Assembly (NCBI GenBank): GCA_002269645.1
Contig: NIVC01000442.1
Span: forward strand, 30,767 to 94,766
DNA: 64,000 nt
Direction of reading: 5' to 3'
Source: Macrostomum lignano
Lineage: Eukaryota
Each line of letters opens with the position of its first letter. The first letter of the stretch is position 1. Positions 11,575 through 32,060 of the stretch are shown here, one piece after another. The notes below the pieces were generated by a model that had not been told where the DNA came from, made no database searches, and worked only from the letters and a program-made list of their open reading frames with translations. A program made the translations under genes and the position numbers.

Positions 11575-11788
11575 GGGCCATCTCAGAATGGAATCAATAC
11601 AGAATGGGATTAATGCTCGTACAGGATGGTATCATCTCATGATGGGATCATCTCAGGATGGGATCATCTCAGGATCACAGATACTACAATTTTACTATCT
11701 ACTAGATTTTAGTATCTGTGCTCAGGATGGAATCATCACATGATGGGATCATCTCATGATGGGATCATCTCATGATGGCATCATCTCA
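11575..11788. repeat. 16-bp satellite (AGGATGGGATCATCTC), left half of the array split by the LINE
   Basis: Same unit as 17690-18050. Confidence 0.85.
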
Positions 11789-12309
11789 TGCACGCGAAGG
11801 CGTATTCAGCATGCCAGTGAAGTATGAGACAGACTAGGCCCATGGGCTAAGGTCTGCGATGCTTCACGCCTGCCCCTATCTTCAGCAGGTCAAGGCTGGT
11901 GGGAGGTCTGCACCCTCTATTTGCCTCTGGCAGCCGCAGACCCCCCCCCCCACGCTGTCTCGCAAGTCGACCCAGGGTACTCGTCCCCGCGTGTGTTCAA
12001 GGCAGTCCCTAGGGCTGCTGGACAGACTGGGCTCCGGCGCTGGCGACCCTATCCAGTGGCTTCGGCCGAATTTGGGTATGCGGGTCTGGCTCGCCAACCT
12101 GCAGGCCGTGGTACTGCTCAACGTACTCTCTAATGCCTAAGGTGTTGACCGTGCCGATGGGCTGGAAGGCCGGGGAGTAGTCCGGTCGCAAGCGGTCCCC
12201 CTCCTGGTGTCGGGCCAGCCTTGAGGGTGCTATTGGCCTACTGCCCGGTCAGGTGGAGCGGCCGGGTGGGTACCGCGCCCCTTTGAGGGTAGCCCACCAA
12301 CCTTTTATC

Positions 12310-13724
12310 ATGGCCTTCGAGCCGACTATGGATAAACAAGCTATTTCTAGGGATGGGGACCCTTCTAAACCCCAACCTCAGTCCGAAGGACCGGCCGGCC
12401 CTGCTGGCAGATCCCAACCGACTGATTCAACTGTGGCAAAGGAAGGACCGGCTGGCTCTGCTGGCAGATCCGACCAGAGCTACCAAACTCAAAATACCCT
12501 AAGACCTGCCAGCTCCGCTGGTGGATCTAAGGGAACCGCGAGCTCTGAGCCTAAAGGACCGGCCAAATCTGGCAGATCCGATGAAGCTCAGCGGGCTCGG
12601 CTTGAGCGCAAACGCGCTAAACAACGCGCCAAAAGGCAGGCCAAGAAGGGAGCTGCGGGGCCAAAGCGGCGGCGTCCACCATGGATGCTGAAGCGACTGG
12701 AGTCCCAAGGCAACCAGGCGGGCCGGCCGGTGGAAGCTCCAGTAGTTCAGCGGCGGCGCTCCCTGGAGCTGCTGCCGCGGCTGCTGAGGCCGAAACCACG
12801 GCGCAACAAATGGCCACTGCCAACAAGGAGGTTCCTTCGGGAGCTACCTTTGCGGCGAAGGCCAAGGCCAAAATCCCGGGAGTGATCATCCAAGGTCGCG
12901 ACCAGGACTGGACCACTGATCAGCTTCAAAAAGTGTGGAGTGCTGTTGACTCCTATCTGATTGAGCTGACTGTCGAGGAGGGAATCTCCATCGGCGTTGA
13001 GCGGATGGTGCTGCGAAGCACATTCGTTCTTATTGCTCCTAGCAGCGAGGAGGACGCTCGGCGGCTGCTCCAGCGGCTACCGACGGTCTCCTTGGATGCT
13101 GACCTTGGCGGAGCTCTTTTTCTTCGCGAGGGCCAGCGTCCAAAGACGATACCCTATGTGGTTTTCGTCCCTGCTAAGAGCACCGCAGCTGGACCAGACG
13201 TTATTCGCCGGGTCCTACTGCGTCTGAACCCCGACCTCCCTGCTAGTGGACTGGTGTATCACCGTAAAGTCCGCAGGGGGGAGACGGGCAACTCAATTGT
13301 CCTCGGCCTTTCCAGCACTTGGGCGAGTCGGTACCCTAATGGATCCTCTTTCCAGCTGGGTGCCCTCAAGCTCAAGTTGCGCCGAGGAAAGTCTGCCAAA
13401 GGGAAGGCTACTGCCAACCCCGGCATCTCCGGCAAGAGCGGGGCGCAGTCTAAGGCCCAAGGAAAGGCGCAAGCCGATCCCAAAGCCAAAGCTGCATCTC
13501 GCCCCTCTGCTAGCAGCAGTTCGGCGACCGCGGTAACGGCTCCGGCCGAGCCCCGGGAACCAAACCTGCCAGTCGGAGAAGGAGTTGAGGACGAGGCCGG
13601 GTCTTCGGAATCCGAGCTCTCCTCGGCCACCTTGGTGGGGTCTGAAGGTAAAGATGCAGGTGAGGAAGCTTCCTCCATCCTGTCATCGGAGCCTGAGGAC
13701 TCTGCTGGGGGGCCGGTGGGGTGA
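12310..13724 (+). CDS. LINE ORF1 (DUF4780-like, LOA-type), split by an apparent 1-nt frameshift at ~12657-12660
   Basis: ORFs 12253-12885 and 12681-13724 join if the G4 run has one more G. Core VFVP..PDVIRRVLLRLNPDLPASGL..IVLGL resembles LOA ORF1 (recalled similarity, not searched). Confidence 0.7.
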
Positions 13725-13851
13725 GGAGGCCATGGACGTCGACCAACTCCCATCTCCCAGTCAAGCCCCAGCGGCCTGGGACGAGGACGATCTGTTGTCC
13801 AAGTCTCCTTGATGGCCCTGGGCTCTAGCCAGATATTGCATTTAATACAGT

Positions 13852-16800
13852 ATGACTAAGCTCCACGCTGCCAAAGGAGCGACATTCTGTCTGCAAATAA
13901 ATTTACAGCATTGCGTATCTGCGTCAGTAAATCTGATGAAGATTGCTGAGCTGTACAGGCCAGGCCTCATCCTGATCCAGGAACCCTGGATGCGCAACGG
14001 TAAGTTGCCCAACATTCCCTCTGGCTACTCTGATTTTTATGTGTGTGGCCCGGGGAACAGCCGCCCTAGAGCGGCTATCCTCGCTGCTAGCCATCTCCAG
14101 GCTTGGCTGAGGACTGATCTCTCTGATGGAGACCTTTGCGTCATCCAATCTAATCATTTCTCTCCGCGTACGTGTCTTGTTGCCTCGGTTTATATCCCAG
14201 GCGACAGAGACCCTGCTCCCGAGAGTTTACTGCGCCTTGCGCAGTACTGCGAGTCCCAGAACGCTGAGCTGTGCTTAGGGGGCGACCTCAACGCGCACCA
14301 CAAGCACTGGGGCAGCAAAGATACCAACACTAGAGGAGAGGAGCTTCTGGCCCTCATCTCTAACACAAACCTCATGCTCTGCAACCGCGGCAGCACTCCT
14401 ACCTTTAATAATGGCAGATGGACCGAGGTCCTCGACGCCACACTCGTTACCCCAAGACTCTTTGACAGAGTCAAGGAGTGGAGAGTCTGGTCTGAGGAGC
14501 CCTCCCTGTCTGACCACTGCTTTATCGCCTTTAATATCGCGGACACTAAAACCCAGTCTCCGATCACTTGGAGACGCAATATCCGCAACACTGATTGGGC
14601 GGCCTACAAGGCTGCCCTTGATCTGCACCTGCAGGAACTCACGGACTTACGTCCGATTGAGACCTGCGAGGATGTGGATCATATGGCTGAGACGCTGACA
14701 GGTTGCATTATTGCAGCCTACGAAGCGGCTTGTCCTGCTCGCGCCTACAGAGGCAAGACCTCGGCGCCGTGGTGGAACCCGGAGCTGGGGAAACTCAGGC
14801 GGAAGGCCAAAAGCCTTCATCGCCGTGCCATGAAGACCGGAAACCCGGAGGACATGGAGCTTTTCCGGCAAGCCTCCCGCAATTTCAAATCTGAAGTGCG
14901 CAAGGCCAAGGAATGTAAGTGGCGCCAATTCTGCAATGAATTGGATCAAGACAGACCTACTTCTAGGCTTGTCAAGGCCCTTACAATGGACAAAATGTCC
15001 AAATTAGCCATGATCAAAAAAGATGATGGCTCTCTTACTAAAGACCCTGAAGAAGTGCTTCAGCATATGCTTAGCACATTCTTCCCGAGGGTACCTACTG
15101 CTAGACCGGAGCCCAACCATTCGATGGATGGAGCCACCCTAGCGGCGGGCATTGTCACTGAAGACCTAATCGCTCGTGCGGTCAGAACCTTCAAACCCTT
15201 CAAATCTCCTGGACCTGATGGTATCTACCCTGTTCTCCTTCGTGAAGCAGCCAAGATACCCTCGTTCCTGAGACTCACCCGCAATCTTATGCGGGCCTCT
15301 ATCCAGCTGGGATACGTTCCCAAAAGCTGGACTGAAGCTCGAGTAGTCTTTATTCCCAAACCTGGGAAGGGTGACTACCAAAGCGTCAAGGCCTTCCGGC
15401 CAATTAGCTTAACGTCAGCAATGCTTAAGCTCACTGAGAGGCTTATTCTCTGGCGGCTGCTCTCCTGCGAGCTGACAGCGATGCCCCTCAGCAATAATCA
15501 GCACGCCTTCCGTACCGGGAGGTCGACTGACAGCGCCCTGCATGCGATTGTCGAAAAGATTGAACGGGCGGTACTGGGTGACGGTTACGCCCTGGCTCTC
15601 TTTCTTGACATTGTTGGCGCCTTCGACAACGTTATCTTTGAAGCGTTTCAGAGGGCCCTTCAAAATCGCAAAGCTCATGCTACCCTCATACGGTGGATCA
15701 TGTACATGATCTCCAACCGTACGGTCACTGCCCAACTTCTTGGGCAAACTGCCTCCACCAGAGTCTGTAAGGGTGGACCCCAAGGCGGAGTCCTCACCCC
15801 GACGCTCTGGAACCTGGTCATGGACGCTCTTCTGAGTGACTCCCGACCTGACCCCGTCTTCAAAGTCGGGTATGCTGATGACGTCACGGCCATTGTGGCA
15901 GGACCGTCTCCCAGCACGCTCAGGGATCTGATGCAGAGCTTTATCCGCAAAGCAGAATCCTGGGCCAATGACAATGGTTTGGAACTCTCTGAGCCCAAAA
16001 CCGTTGCCATTATGTTTACCAGCAGACTACGCTGGAACATACGTCCTCTGCAGCTCTACGGCAGAGATATTGCCTTCGCGCACCAGACCAGATGTCTCGG
16101 GGTCACACTTGACCACCGGCTCAACTGGTCCTTCCACGTGAAAGCAAAAGCTAAGCGTGCCTCAGCCATCCTGGCCCAGCTCCGACGAGCACTTGGCACT
16201 TCTTGGGGTCTATCCCCAAAGCGGCTTTGGTGGATCTATACTTCCGTAGTTAGACCTGCCATTACGTACGCCTCTGTTGTCTGGGTTAGCGCTACCCAGG
16301 TCAAAAGCCATGCAGACCTGCTCAACACGATCCAAGGCAGAGCGTGTAGGCTCATCTGCAACGCCACCAGGTCCACGCCCTTTGCTGGCATGGGGGCCTT
16401 TCTTAATCTTCCGCCTCTTGACCTCTTCATCAGGGGTGAGGCGGCTAGAACGACGCGGCGTCTAATTGATGCCGGCGTCAAATTCATTTACATGAGAGCA
16501 CCTGCTAAGCGGAACCTTGTCCCGCATAGCGATCTGTGCCTCAACTTTCTCAACGAGTGTCAGGCCAATCGCGTCTTCACCGATGGCATTGCCTCAACGC
16601 TCAACCTGAGACAGCGCTACTCCGTAGCTATCGACTCGCGCGATAACATCAATGACCATTGGAACCCTGGTGAGCTTCATTGCTACACCGACGGTTCTAA
16701 GCAGTCAGCCAACACCGGCTTTGGTGTTGGAATCTTTCTGAACGGGAGGGTCATCGCTACCCACGCTCAATACACTGGGGTCAACTCCAGTGTTTTCCAA

Positions 16801-17592
16801 AATGAAGTTCTGGCCATCAGCTCCTGCACTGCAGAGCTTCTCGCCACTGGCGTTACTGGTAAGAACATCATTTTCCATTCGGACAGCCAAGCTGCCTTGC
16901 ACGCCATCAGTGGCTGCAGCACCAACTCTGCTACAGTCCTTGACTGTATCAAACTCCTCAATGTGTTGGGTTCCGCCAACAAAATTACCCTTAAGTGGGT
17001 TCCGGGGCATGTGGGGATCCGAGGAAATGAGTTGGCTGACACCCTTGCAAAAGTTGGTGCCTCCGGCTCCTCTCTCGGCCCCGAACCTCTTGTCCCGATT
17101 CCTGGCTGTGTCATCGACTCGCGCATCAAAGCGTGGATCAGGACTCAGCACCGCTCGACTTGGGCGAACCGCACGAACTGCAGGCAATCCAGAGGCGCTG
17201 TCCCTCAGCCCTCTCACCAGCTCCGGAAGCTCCTCTTGCGCCTCTCGCGCAGAGACATCCGGGCTGCCACCATGACCCTCTCTGGTCACGGCTGCTTCTC
17301 CAGGCACCAGTACCTGCAGGGCAACGCCACCAACGCCACCTGTAGTTTCTGCAACTCAGGTGACGAAACCGCTGAGCATTTCGTCAGCATCTGTCCCGCC
17401 TTCACGCGGGCCAGACTCACTTACCTCGGGCCACACACATCTATTACTGAAGCGTGCAAACCCGAAAACTTTAATCAGCTCATGCGCTACCTTCGGGCCA
17501 CCCGCAGGGCTGAACTCTCCTTTCCAGAGAGCACCATAGCTGCTGGCGACACTGGGGGACCTCCCTGGGCGGCGCCAACCCTCCGTCCATAG
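13852..17592 (+). CDS. LINE ORF2: AP endonuclease, reverse transcriptase, RNase H and C-terminal CCHC finger (1246 aa)
   Basis: QINLQH, QEPW, GDLNAHH, SDH (APE); SPGPDG, FRPISL, LDIVGAFD, PQGGVL, YADD (RT); YTDGS, NEVLAI, SDSQAAL, WVPGH, NELAD (RNase H); CSFC..H..C; no stop codons. Confidence 0.97.
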   Translation: MTKLHAAKGATFCLQINLQHCVSASVNLMKIAELYRPGLILIQEPWMRNGKLPNIPSGYSDFYVCGPGNSRPRAAILAASHLQAWLRTDLSDGDLCVIQSNHFSPRTCLVASVYIPGDRDPAPESLLRLAQYCESQNAELCLGGDLNAHHKHWGSKDTNTRGEELLALISNTNLMLCNRGSTPTFNNGRWTEVLDATLVTPRLFDRVKEWRVWSEEPSLSDHCFIAFNIADTKTQSPITWRRNIRNTDWAAYKAALDLHLQELTDLRPIETCEDVDHMAETLTGCIIAAYEAACPARAYRGKTSAPWWNPELGKLRRKAKSLHRRAMKTGNPEDMELFRQASRNFKSEVRKAKECKWRQFCNELDQDRPTSRLVKALTMDKMSKLAMIKKDDGSLTKDPEEVLQHMLSTFFPRVPTARPEPNHSMDGATLAAGIVTEDLIARAVRTFKPFKSPGPDGIYPVLLREAAKIPSFLRLTRNLMRASIQLGYVPKSWTEARVVFIPKPGKGDYQSVKAFRPISLTSAMLKLTERLILWRLLSCELTAMPLSNNQHAFRTGRSTDSALHAIVEKIERAVLGDGYALALFLDIVGAFDNVIFEAFQRALQNRKAHATLIRWIMYMISNRTVTAQLLGQTASTRVCKGGPQGGVLTPTLWNLVMDALLSDSRPDPVFKVGYADDVTAIVAGPSPSTLRDLMQSFIRKAESWANDNGLELSEPKTVAIMFTSRLRWNIRPLQLYGRDIAFAHQTRCLGVTLDHRLNWSFHVKAKAKRASAILAQLRRALGTSWGLSPKRLWWIYTSVVRPAITYASVVWVSATQVKSHADLLNTIQGRACRLICNATRSTPFAGMGAFLNLPPLDLFIRGEAARTTRRLIDAGVKFIYMRAPAKRNLVPHSDLCLNFLNECQANRVFTDGIASTLNLRQRYSVAIDSRDNINDHWNPGELHCYTDGSKQSANTGFGVGIFLNGRVIATHAQYTGVNSSVFQNEVLAISSCTAELLATGVTGKNIIFHSDSQAALHAISGCSTNSATVLDCIKLLNVLGSANKITLKWVPGHVGIRGNELADTLAKVGASGSSLGPEPLVPIPGCVIDSRIKAWIRTQHRSTWANRTNCRQSRGAVPQPSHQLRKLLLRLSRRDIRAATMTLSGHGCFSRHQYLQGNATNATCSFCNSGDETAEHFVSICPAFTRARLTYLGPHTSITEACKPENFNQLMRYLRATRRAELSFPESTIAAGDTGGPPWAAPTLRP

Positions 17593-17689
17593 CGACGCGT
17601 CGGCCGTTCAGGGACTAGCGGAATGGGCGCCCGCGCCTTCCCGCTGTGTCCCCTCCGGGACAGCCCTGCAGCTAAGTCAAGTAAGTCAA

Positions 17690-18050
17690 GGCATCATCTC
17701 AGGATGGGATCATCTCAGGATGGAATCATCTCATGATGGGATCATCTCAGGATGGAATCATCTCATGATGGCATCATCTCAGGATGGGATCATCTCATGA
17801 TGGCATCATCTCAGGATGGGATCATCTCAGGATGGAATCATCTCATGATGGGATCATCTCAGGATGGGATCATCTCATGATGGCATCATCTCAGGATGGG
17901 ATCATCTCAGGATGGGATCATCTCAGGATGGAATCATCTCAGGATGGGATCATCTCAGGATGGGATCATCTCATGACGGGATCATATCAGGAAGGGATCA
18001 TCTCATGATGGCATCATCTCAGGATGGGATCATATCAGGATGGGATCATT
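17690..18050. repeat. 16-bp satellite, right half of the array
   Basis: About 22 copies of (A/C)(G/T)GATGG(G/A/C)ATCATCTC. Confidence 0.93.
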
Positions 18051-18148
18051 CGCTCAGAAGGCACCAGTCACTCAGGACGGCAGTCAGGACGGCAGTCAGG
18101 AGTGCTGAGTACAGCAGTGCTCAGAGATACGCAGTGGCCAGTCGCAGT

Positions 18149-27276
<9,128 letters not shown>

Positions 27277-27539
27277 TGCTCGCTTGAGGACACAAGATTA
27301 TTCGTTTAGTATTACTCTGCTCAAGCGCTTACTCATTGAGTGCGAGGCCGCAGCTGAGGCTTTAGCTTGTTTTTATTTCCAATATACTTAAATCATAAAA
27401 TGATTTAAACTGAAAATAAAAATATTAGCGTTAAATATCCCGTAATATATCATCTTCACGAGCCACTTAGAGCATCTGAGGCGATTCTACATAGCCATTG
27501 TTAAATGTTGTTTGAAATGATTCTTAAATGCAATATGAG

Positions 27540-28120
27540 TCAGTTCTCAGGGGTAATTTTGAGACGATTCTTAAAGGCAATTTTGAGGCGATTATCAAGG
27601 GTAATTTTGAGGCGATTTTTAAGAGGAATTTTAAAGCGATTTTTAAGAGGAATTTTAAGGCGATTCTCAAGAGTGATTTTGAGGCGATTCGCAAGGGTAA
27701 CTTTGAGGTGATTCTAAAGAGCAATTTTAAGGCGATTTTTAAGAGGAATTTTAAGGCAATTCTCAAGAGTGATTTTGAGGCGATTCGCAAGGGTAACTTT
27801 GAGGTGATTCTAAAGAGCAATTTTAAGGCGATTTTTAAGAGGAATTTTGAGGCGATTCTCAAGAGTGATTTTGAGGCGATTCTCAAGAGTGATTTTGAGG
27901 CGATTCTCAAGAGTGATTTTGAGGCGATTCGCAAGGGTAACTTTGAGGTGATTCTAAAGAGCAATTTTAAGGCGATTCTCAAGAGGAATTTTGAGGCGAT
28001 TCTCAAGAGTGATTTTGAGGCGATTCTCAAGAGTGATTTTGAAGCGATTCTTAAAGGTAATTTTGAGGCAATTCTCAAGGGTAATCTTGAGGCGGTTCTT
28101 AAAGGCAATTTTAAGAGATT
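27540..28120. repeat. 24-bp tandem repeat GATTCTCAAGAGTGATTTTGAGGC upstream of AMPK
   Basis: About 24 units with a 3-unit higher-order pattern. Confidence 0.92.
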
Positions 28121-28589
28121 TTGTAAACTTAGAAATATAAAAAGCTGCATGACTTACAGGGGTGCGCAAATATTCATGAATGTCATTTCTAGAGATACCT
28201 TGCACAATACGGAGGACATGCTAGGTGAATGTTTCAGCAGCTATGAACACGAACAAAGAGGATCGGGTTGAAATTTTCACATTTCTAATTTTTTTCTTTT
28301 TTTATGCTTATCGATGCGAATCCTGGTTACTGCTGTTTTCTGTTCAGGTGCCTGAAAAATACAATCTCATTTGCTAACTGCATATCATCTGCTTGGTGGA
28401 TAAACAACACATTCCAGTCTTTTTGAGTAAATGTTGAAGCGAAAACGTCGGTAAAAAACAATTTTTGCTTTTGTGGGAGGCGTATCCTAGGGATCAGGCT
28501 GTTTTTTGCTTGATTTTCTACCACGGAATGATCCAACAGACTGTTTCTGTTGCAAACACAAATTAATAAAAAAAACTCTTACGGGAGGT

Positions 28590-29160
<571 letters not shown>

Positions 29161-29989
29161 GGCCGGATTGCTATTGTGAAGTTTCAAAAGACCCGAGGGC
29201 TTTCCGACCCCTGCTATGTTGCGCCTTTCCGAAAAGTCAAAATGTTGAGCATTTAAGTACCGGCCACTTGGAGGAAGTGGAGATTTATAATTTATGATTA
29301 AGCTTCGAGCTCAAAAGAGCCTTATGTGCTAGACAGCTGAACTTTCGTCAACTTGTTGCAAAAATTAAGAACAACAAAGGACATTTGAAACAAGAAAAGG
29401 TGTACAACTCTGTCTCTCCAATTAATGGTGCTTATTTTTAACAACAAGGCAATTTTTGAAACAAAACGCGACACTCAGAAAAAACTTACAAAAAATACAC
29501 GCTAAGGGAAAGTTTTACAGCGAAAATACAATGCTTGAAACAGCAGATAATGAGATGGATAGATCTCCAGCATGGATTAATAACAAGATGCAGTTCCGAC
29601 TTGCCAGCAAGCCACGCGTGTAACCCTTGATAGGCAGTCTAGCTCACAGAATATGATCTAGCTAGAAGATAGAAGCGAGGCTTGTGTAAAAAGCGCGATA
29701 AAAGAGAGCGAGAGAGAAGTATTTGGCCTGTTTCAATTGACATAACGAAAGATAGGACTCGGCTTGAAGGAGAGAAGAGGTTAATAATAATAATAAGTTT
29801 ACAGAATCTGAAGCCAAAGTTTAAAAAATAAGTACAACGTTATCAGAGGAAAAATGCAAACAGAAGGTAACTATAGACAAGCACAGATACTATAATATAT
29901 AACTGGATGGGCCCAGGTAGTTTATATTTGCGTTTTAAACTAACTTCAATTTTACTATCTTTAGGAAAAGGTAAGAGATAGCAGCCGTC

Positions 29990-30835
29990 TCTAGTCCGTA
30001 TAAAAATGGAAATGTGACACTACCTGTCACACCTGTGACCGTCTAGTGTGATCATGATATGACCGTCATTGTGATCCTTGTGTATTAGATTTATTTAAGA
30101 AAATCATAAAAGTCAAAAACGAACAAGTTGGTATGAGTGATCGTTTATTTTGCGGTCCACTTTGCACATTTTTGATGGTCACATTGAACTGAAGGGTCCC
30201 ATTGACGGTCACATGAGTGACCGTTTTTTGACGGTCACATTGAACTGAAGGGTCCCATTGACGGTCACATGAGTGACCATTTTTTGACGGTCACATTGAA
30301 CTGAAGGGTCCCATTGACGGTCACATGAGTGACCGTTTTTTGACGGTAACTTTGCACATTGACGGTCATATGAGTGACCATTTTTTGACGGTCACATTGA
30401 ACTGAAGGGTCCCATTGACGGTCACATGAGTGACCATTTTTTGACGGTAACTTTGCACATTGACGGTCATATGAGTGACCATTTTTTGACGGTCACATTG
30501 AACTGAAGGGTCCCATTGACGGTCACATGAGTGACCATTTTTGACGGTAACTTTGCACATTGACGGTCATATGAGTGACCGTTTTTTGACGGTAACTTTG
30601 CACATTGACGGTCATATGAGTGACCGTTTTTTGACGGTCACATTGAACTGAAGGGTCTCATTGACGGTAACATGAGTGACCGTTTTTTCACGTCACATTA
30701 AATTTAACAGTCACATTGATGGTCACACGATTGACCGTTTTTGACGGTCACATTATAGAGTCACTATGGAGGGTCACATGCGATACCGTTATTTGAGAGT
30801 CAGAATGTGACCGTCCCAATTTTACACGGGTAGAG
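29990..30835. mobile_element. Probable TIR element filled with GACGGTCAC-based ~56-bp tandem repeats
   Basis: Left CTCTAGTCCGTATAAAAATGGAA vs reverse complement of right end CTCTACCCGTGTAAAATTGGGA (degenerate TIR); array at 30170-30750; motif occurs in both orientations. Confidence 0.55.
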
Positions 30836-31333
30836 GACTCTATGGCTGAACCCTGCACAAAAAGTCTCATCGATGTGCCCAAAGCTGCCCGCCATGTACA
30901 TTCTTAGTGGCGCTGGCTAATGTACATTGTGGCTGCATGAATAGCAAGTTGTTTATGCCTGCAAGTCACTCCAAAACTACTTTTCTTTTCAGAAAATATT
31001 CTGTCATACTACTGAAGTGAAATTAAAAGAACTCAAGTGAACATATACCCATCTAGTTATTATAGTATCTGTGGGTACAACAGGGTCATGCGGGTGCGTG
31101 GGATAGGGAGTAATTAAAACAGAGAAAAAACAGTCCAACACAAAAAAGTGGCACAGGATTTAATTAATTACAACAAATTTTGTCCACAGCCAACGAACGA
31201 ACTGTGACAGAAATGGTTAATCGCTGATAACAAACAATAGCAATCAGTGATTGACTAATTAATATCTGGATAGCTCCTGTAGCTATTAAAGAGCAGTGCA
31301 ATGATTAACCTTTAGAGAGTGACAGCTCACTTC

Positions 31334-31526
31334 CTAGGTAAAAATTGAAAGGTCAGCTACGCCACTGACTGCAGGCGGCGCCTTTGAGGCGGCTGCTGGC
31401 GAGGCTGAGTGCACTTTCATGTGACGGTTGATCATGTCTTTGCGGCAGGCCGAGTAGCTGCAGTGCGGACAGGCGTACGGCTTCTCACCCGTGTGCGTGC
31501 GGCGGTGAGTGGTCAGGTGGTCCGAT
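31334..31526 (-). CDS. klu: klumpfuss-like zinc-finger gene, last coding exon
   Basis: cag|A TCG GAC completes the AG|A Arg codon; [39 protein letters not shown]; TAG at 31334-31336. Confidence 0.88.
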
Positions 31527-31549
31527 CTGCGCGAGGCGTGCGGTGGGGT

Positions 31550-32060
31550 AACAGGTGTCACAGAGTAGGGGTGGGCTGGGTGAGGTCAGGTGTAACACTG
31601 AGTAGACAGGGGTGGGCTGGGTGAGGTCAGGTGTAACACTGAGTAGGCTGGGGTGGGCTGGGTGAGGTCAGGTGTAACACTGAGTAGGCAGGGGTGGGCT
31701 GGGTGGGCTGGGTGAGGTCAGGTGTAACACTGAGTAGGCAGGGGTGGGCTGGGTGGGCTGGGTGAGGTCAGGTGTAACACTGAGTAGGCAGGGGTGGGCT
31801 GGGTGAGGTCAGGTGTAACACTGAGTAGGCAGGGGTGGGCTGGGTGAGGTCAGGTGTAACACTGAGTAGGCAGGGGTGGGCTGGGTGAGGTCAGGTGTAA
31901 CACTGAGTAGGCAGGGGTGGGCTGGGTGAGGTCAGGTGTAACACTGAGTAGGCAGGGGTGGGCTGGGTGAGGTCAGGTGTAACACTGAGTAGGCAGGGGT
32001 GGGCTGGGTGAGGTTAAGTGTAACACTGAGTAAGGGTGGGCTGGGTGAGATCAGGTGTAG
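31550..32060. repeat. 41-bp tandem repeat GGGTGAGGTCAGGTGTAACACTGAGTAGGCAGGGGTGGGCT abutting the klu acceptor
   Basis: Period 41 (31801/31842); about 12 copies. Confidence 0.95.

Larger units (their letters stand above)
11789..17689 (+). mobile_element. Full-length non-LTR retrotransposon, LOA/R1-type (APE-RT-RNase H-CCHC)
   Basis: ~520-bp GC-rich 5' UTR, ORF1, intact ORF2, short 3' UTR ending AAGTCAAGTAAGTCAA; flanked by GGCATCATCTCA at 11777-11788 and 17690-17701 (candidate TSD). Confidence 0.93.

Noticed and set aside
11789-12110. Possible HDV-like ribozyme in the LINE 5' UTR (GCTCCGGCGCTGGC...GGCTTCGGCCGAATTTGGGT)
   Set aside because: Some HDV-like words are present, but I could not build a consistent P1/P1.1/P2/P3 nested pseudoknot by hand. 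An Infernal/RNArobo search would be needed.
13259-17345. Many antisense and alternative-frame ORFs over the LINE
   Set aside because: Shadow ORFs of GC-rich coding sequence with no recognisable motifs.
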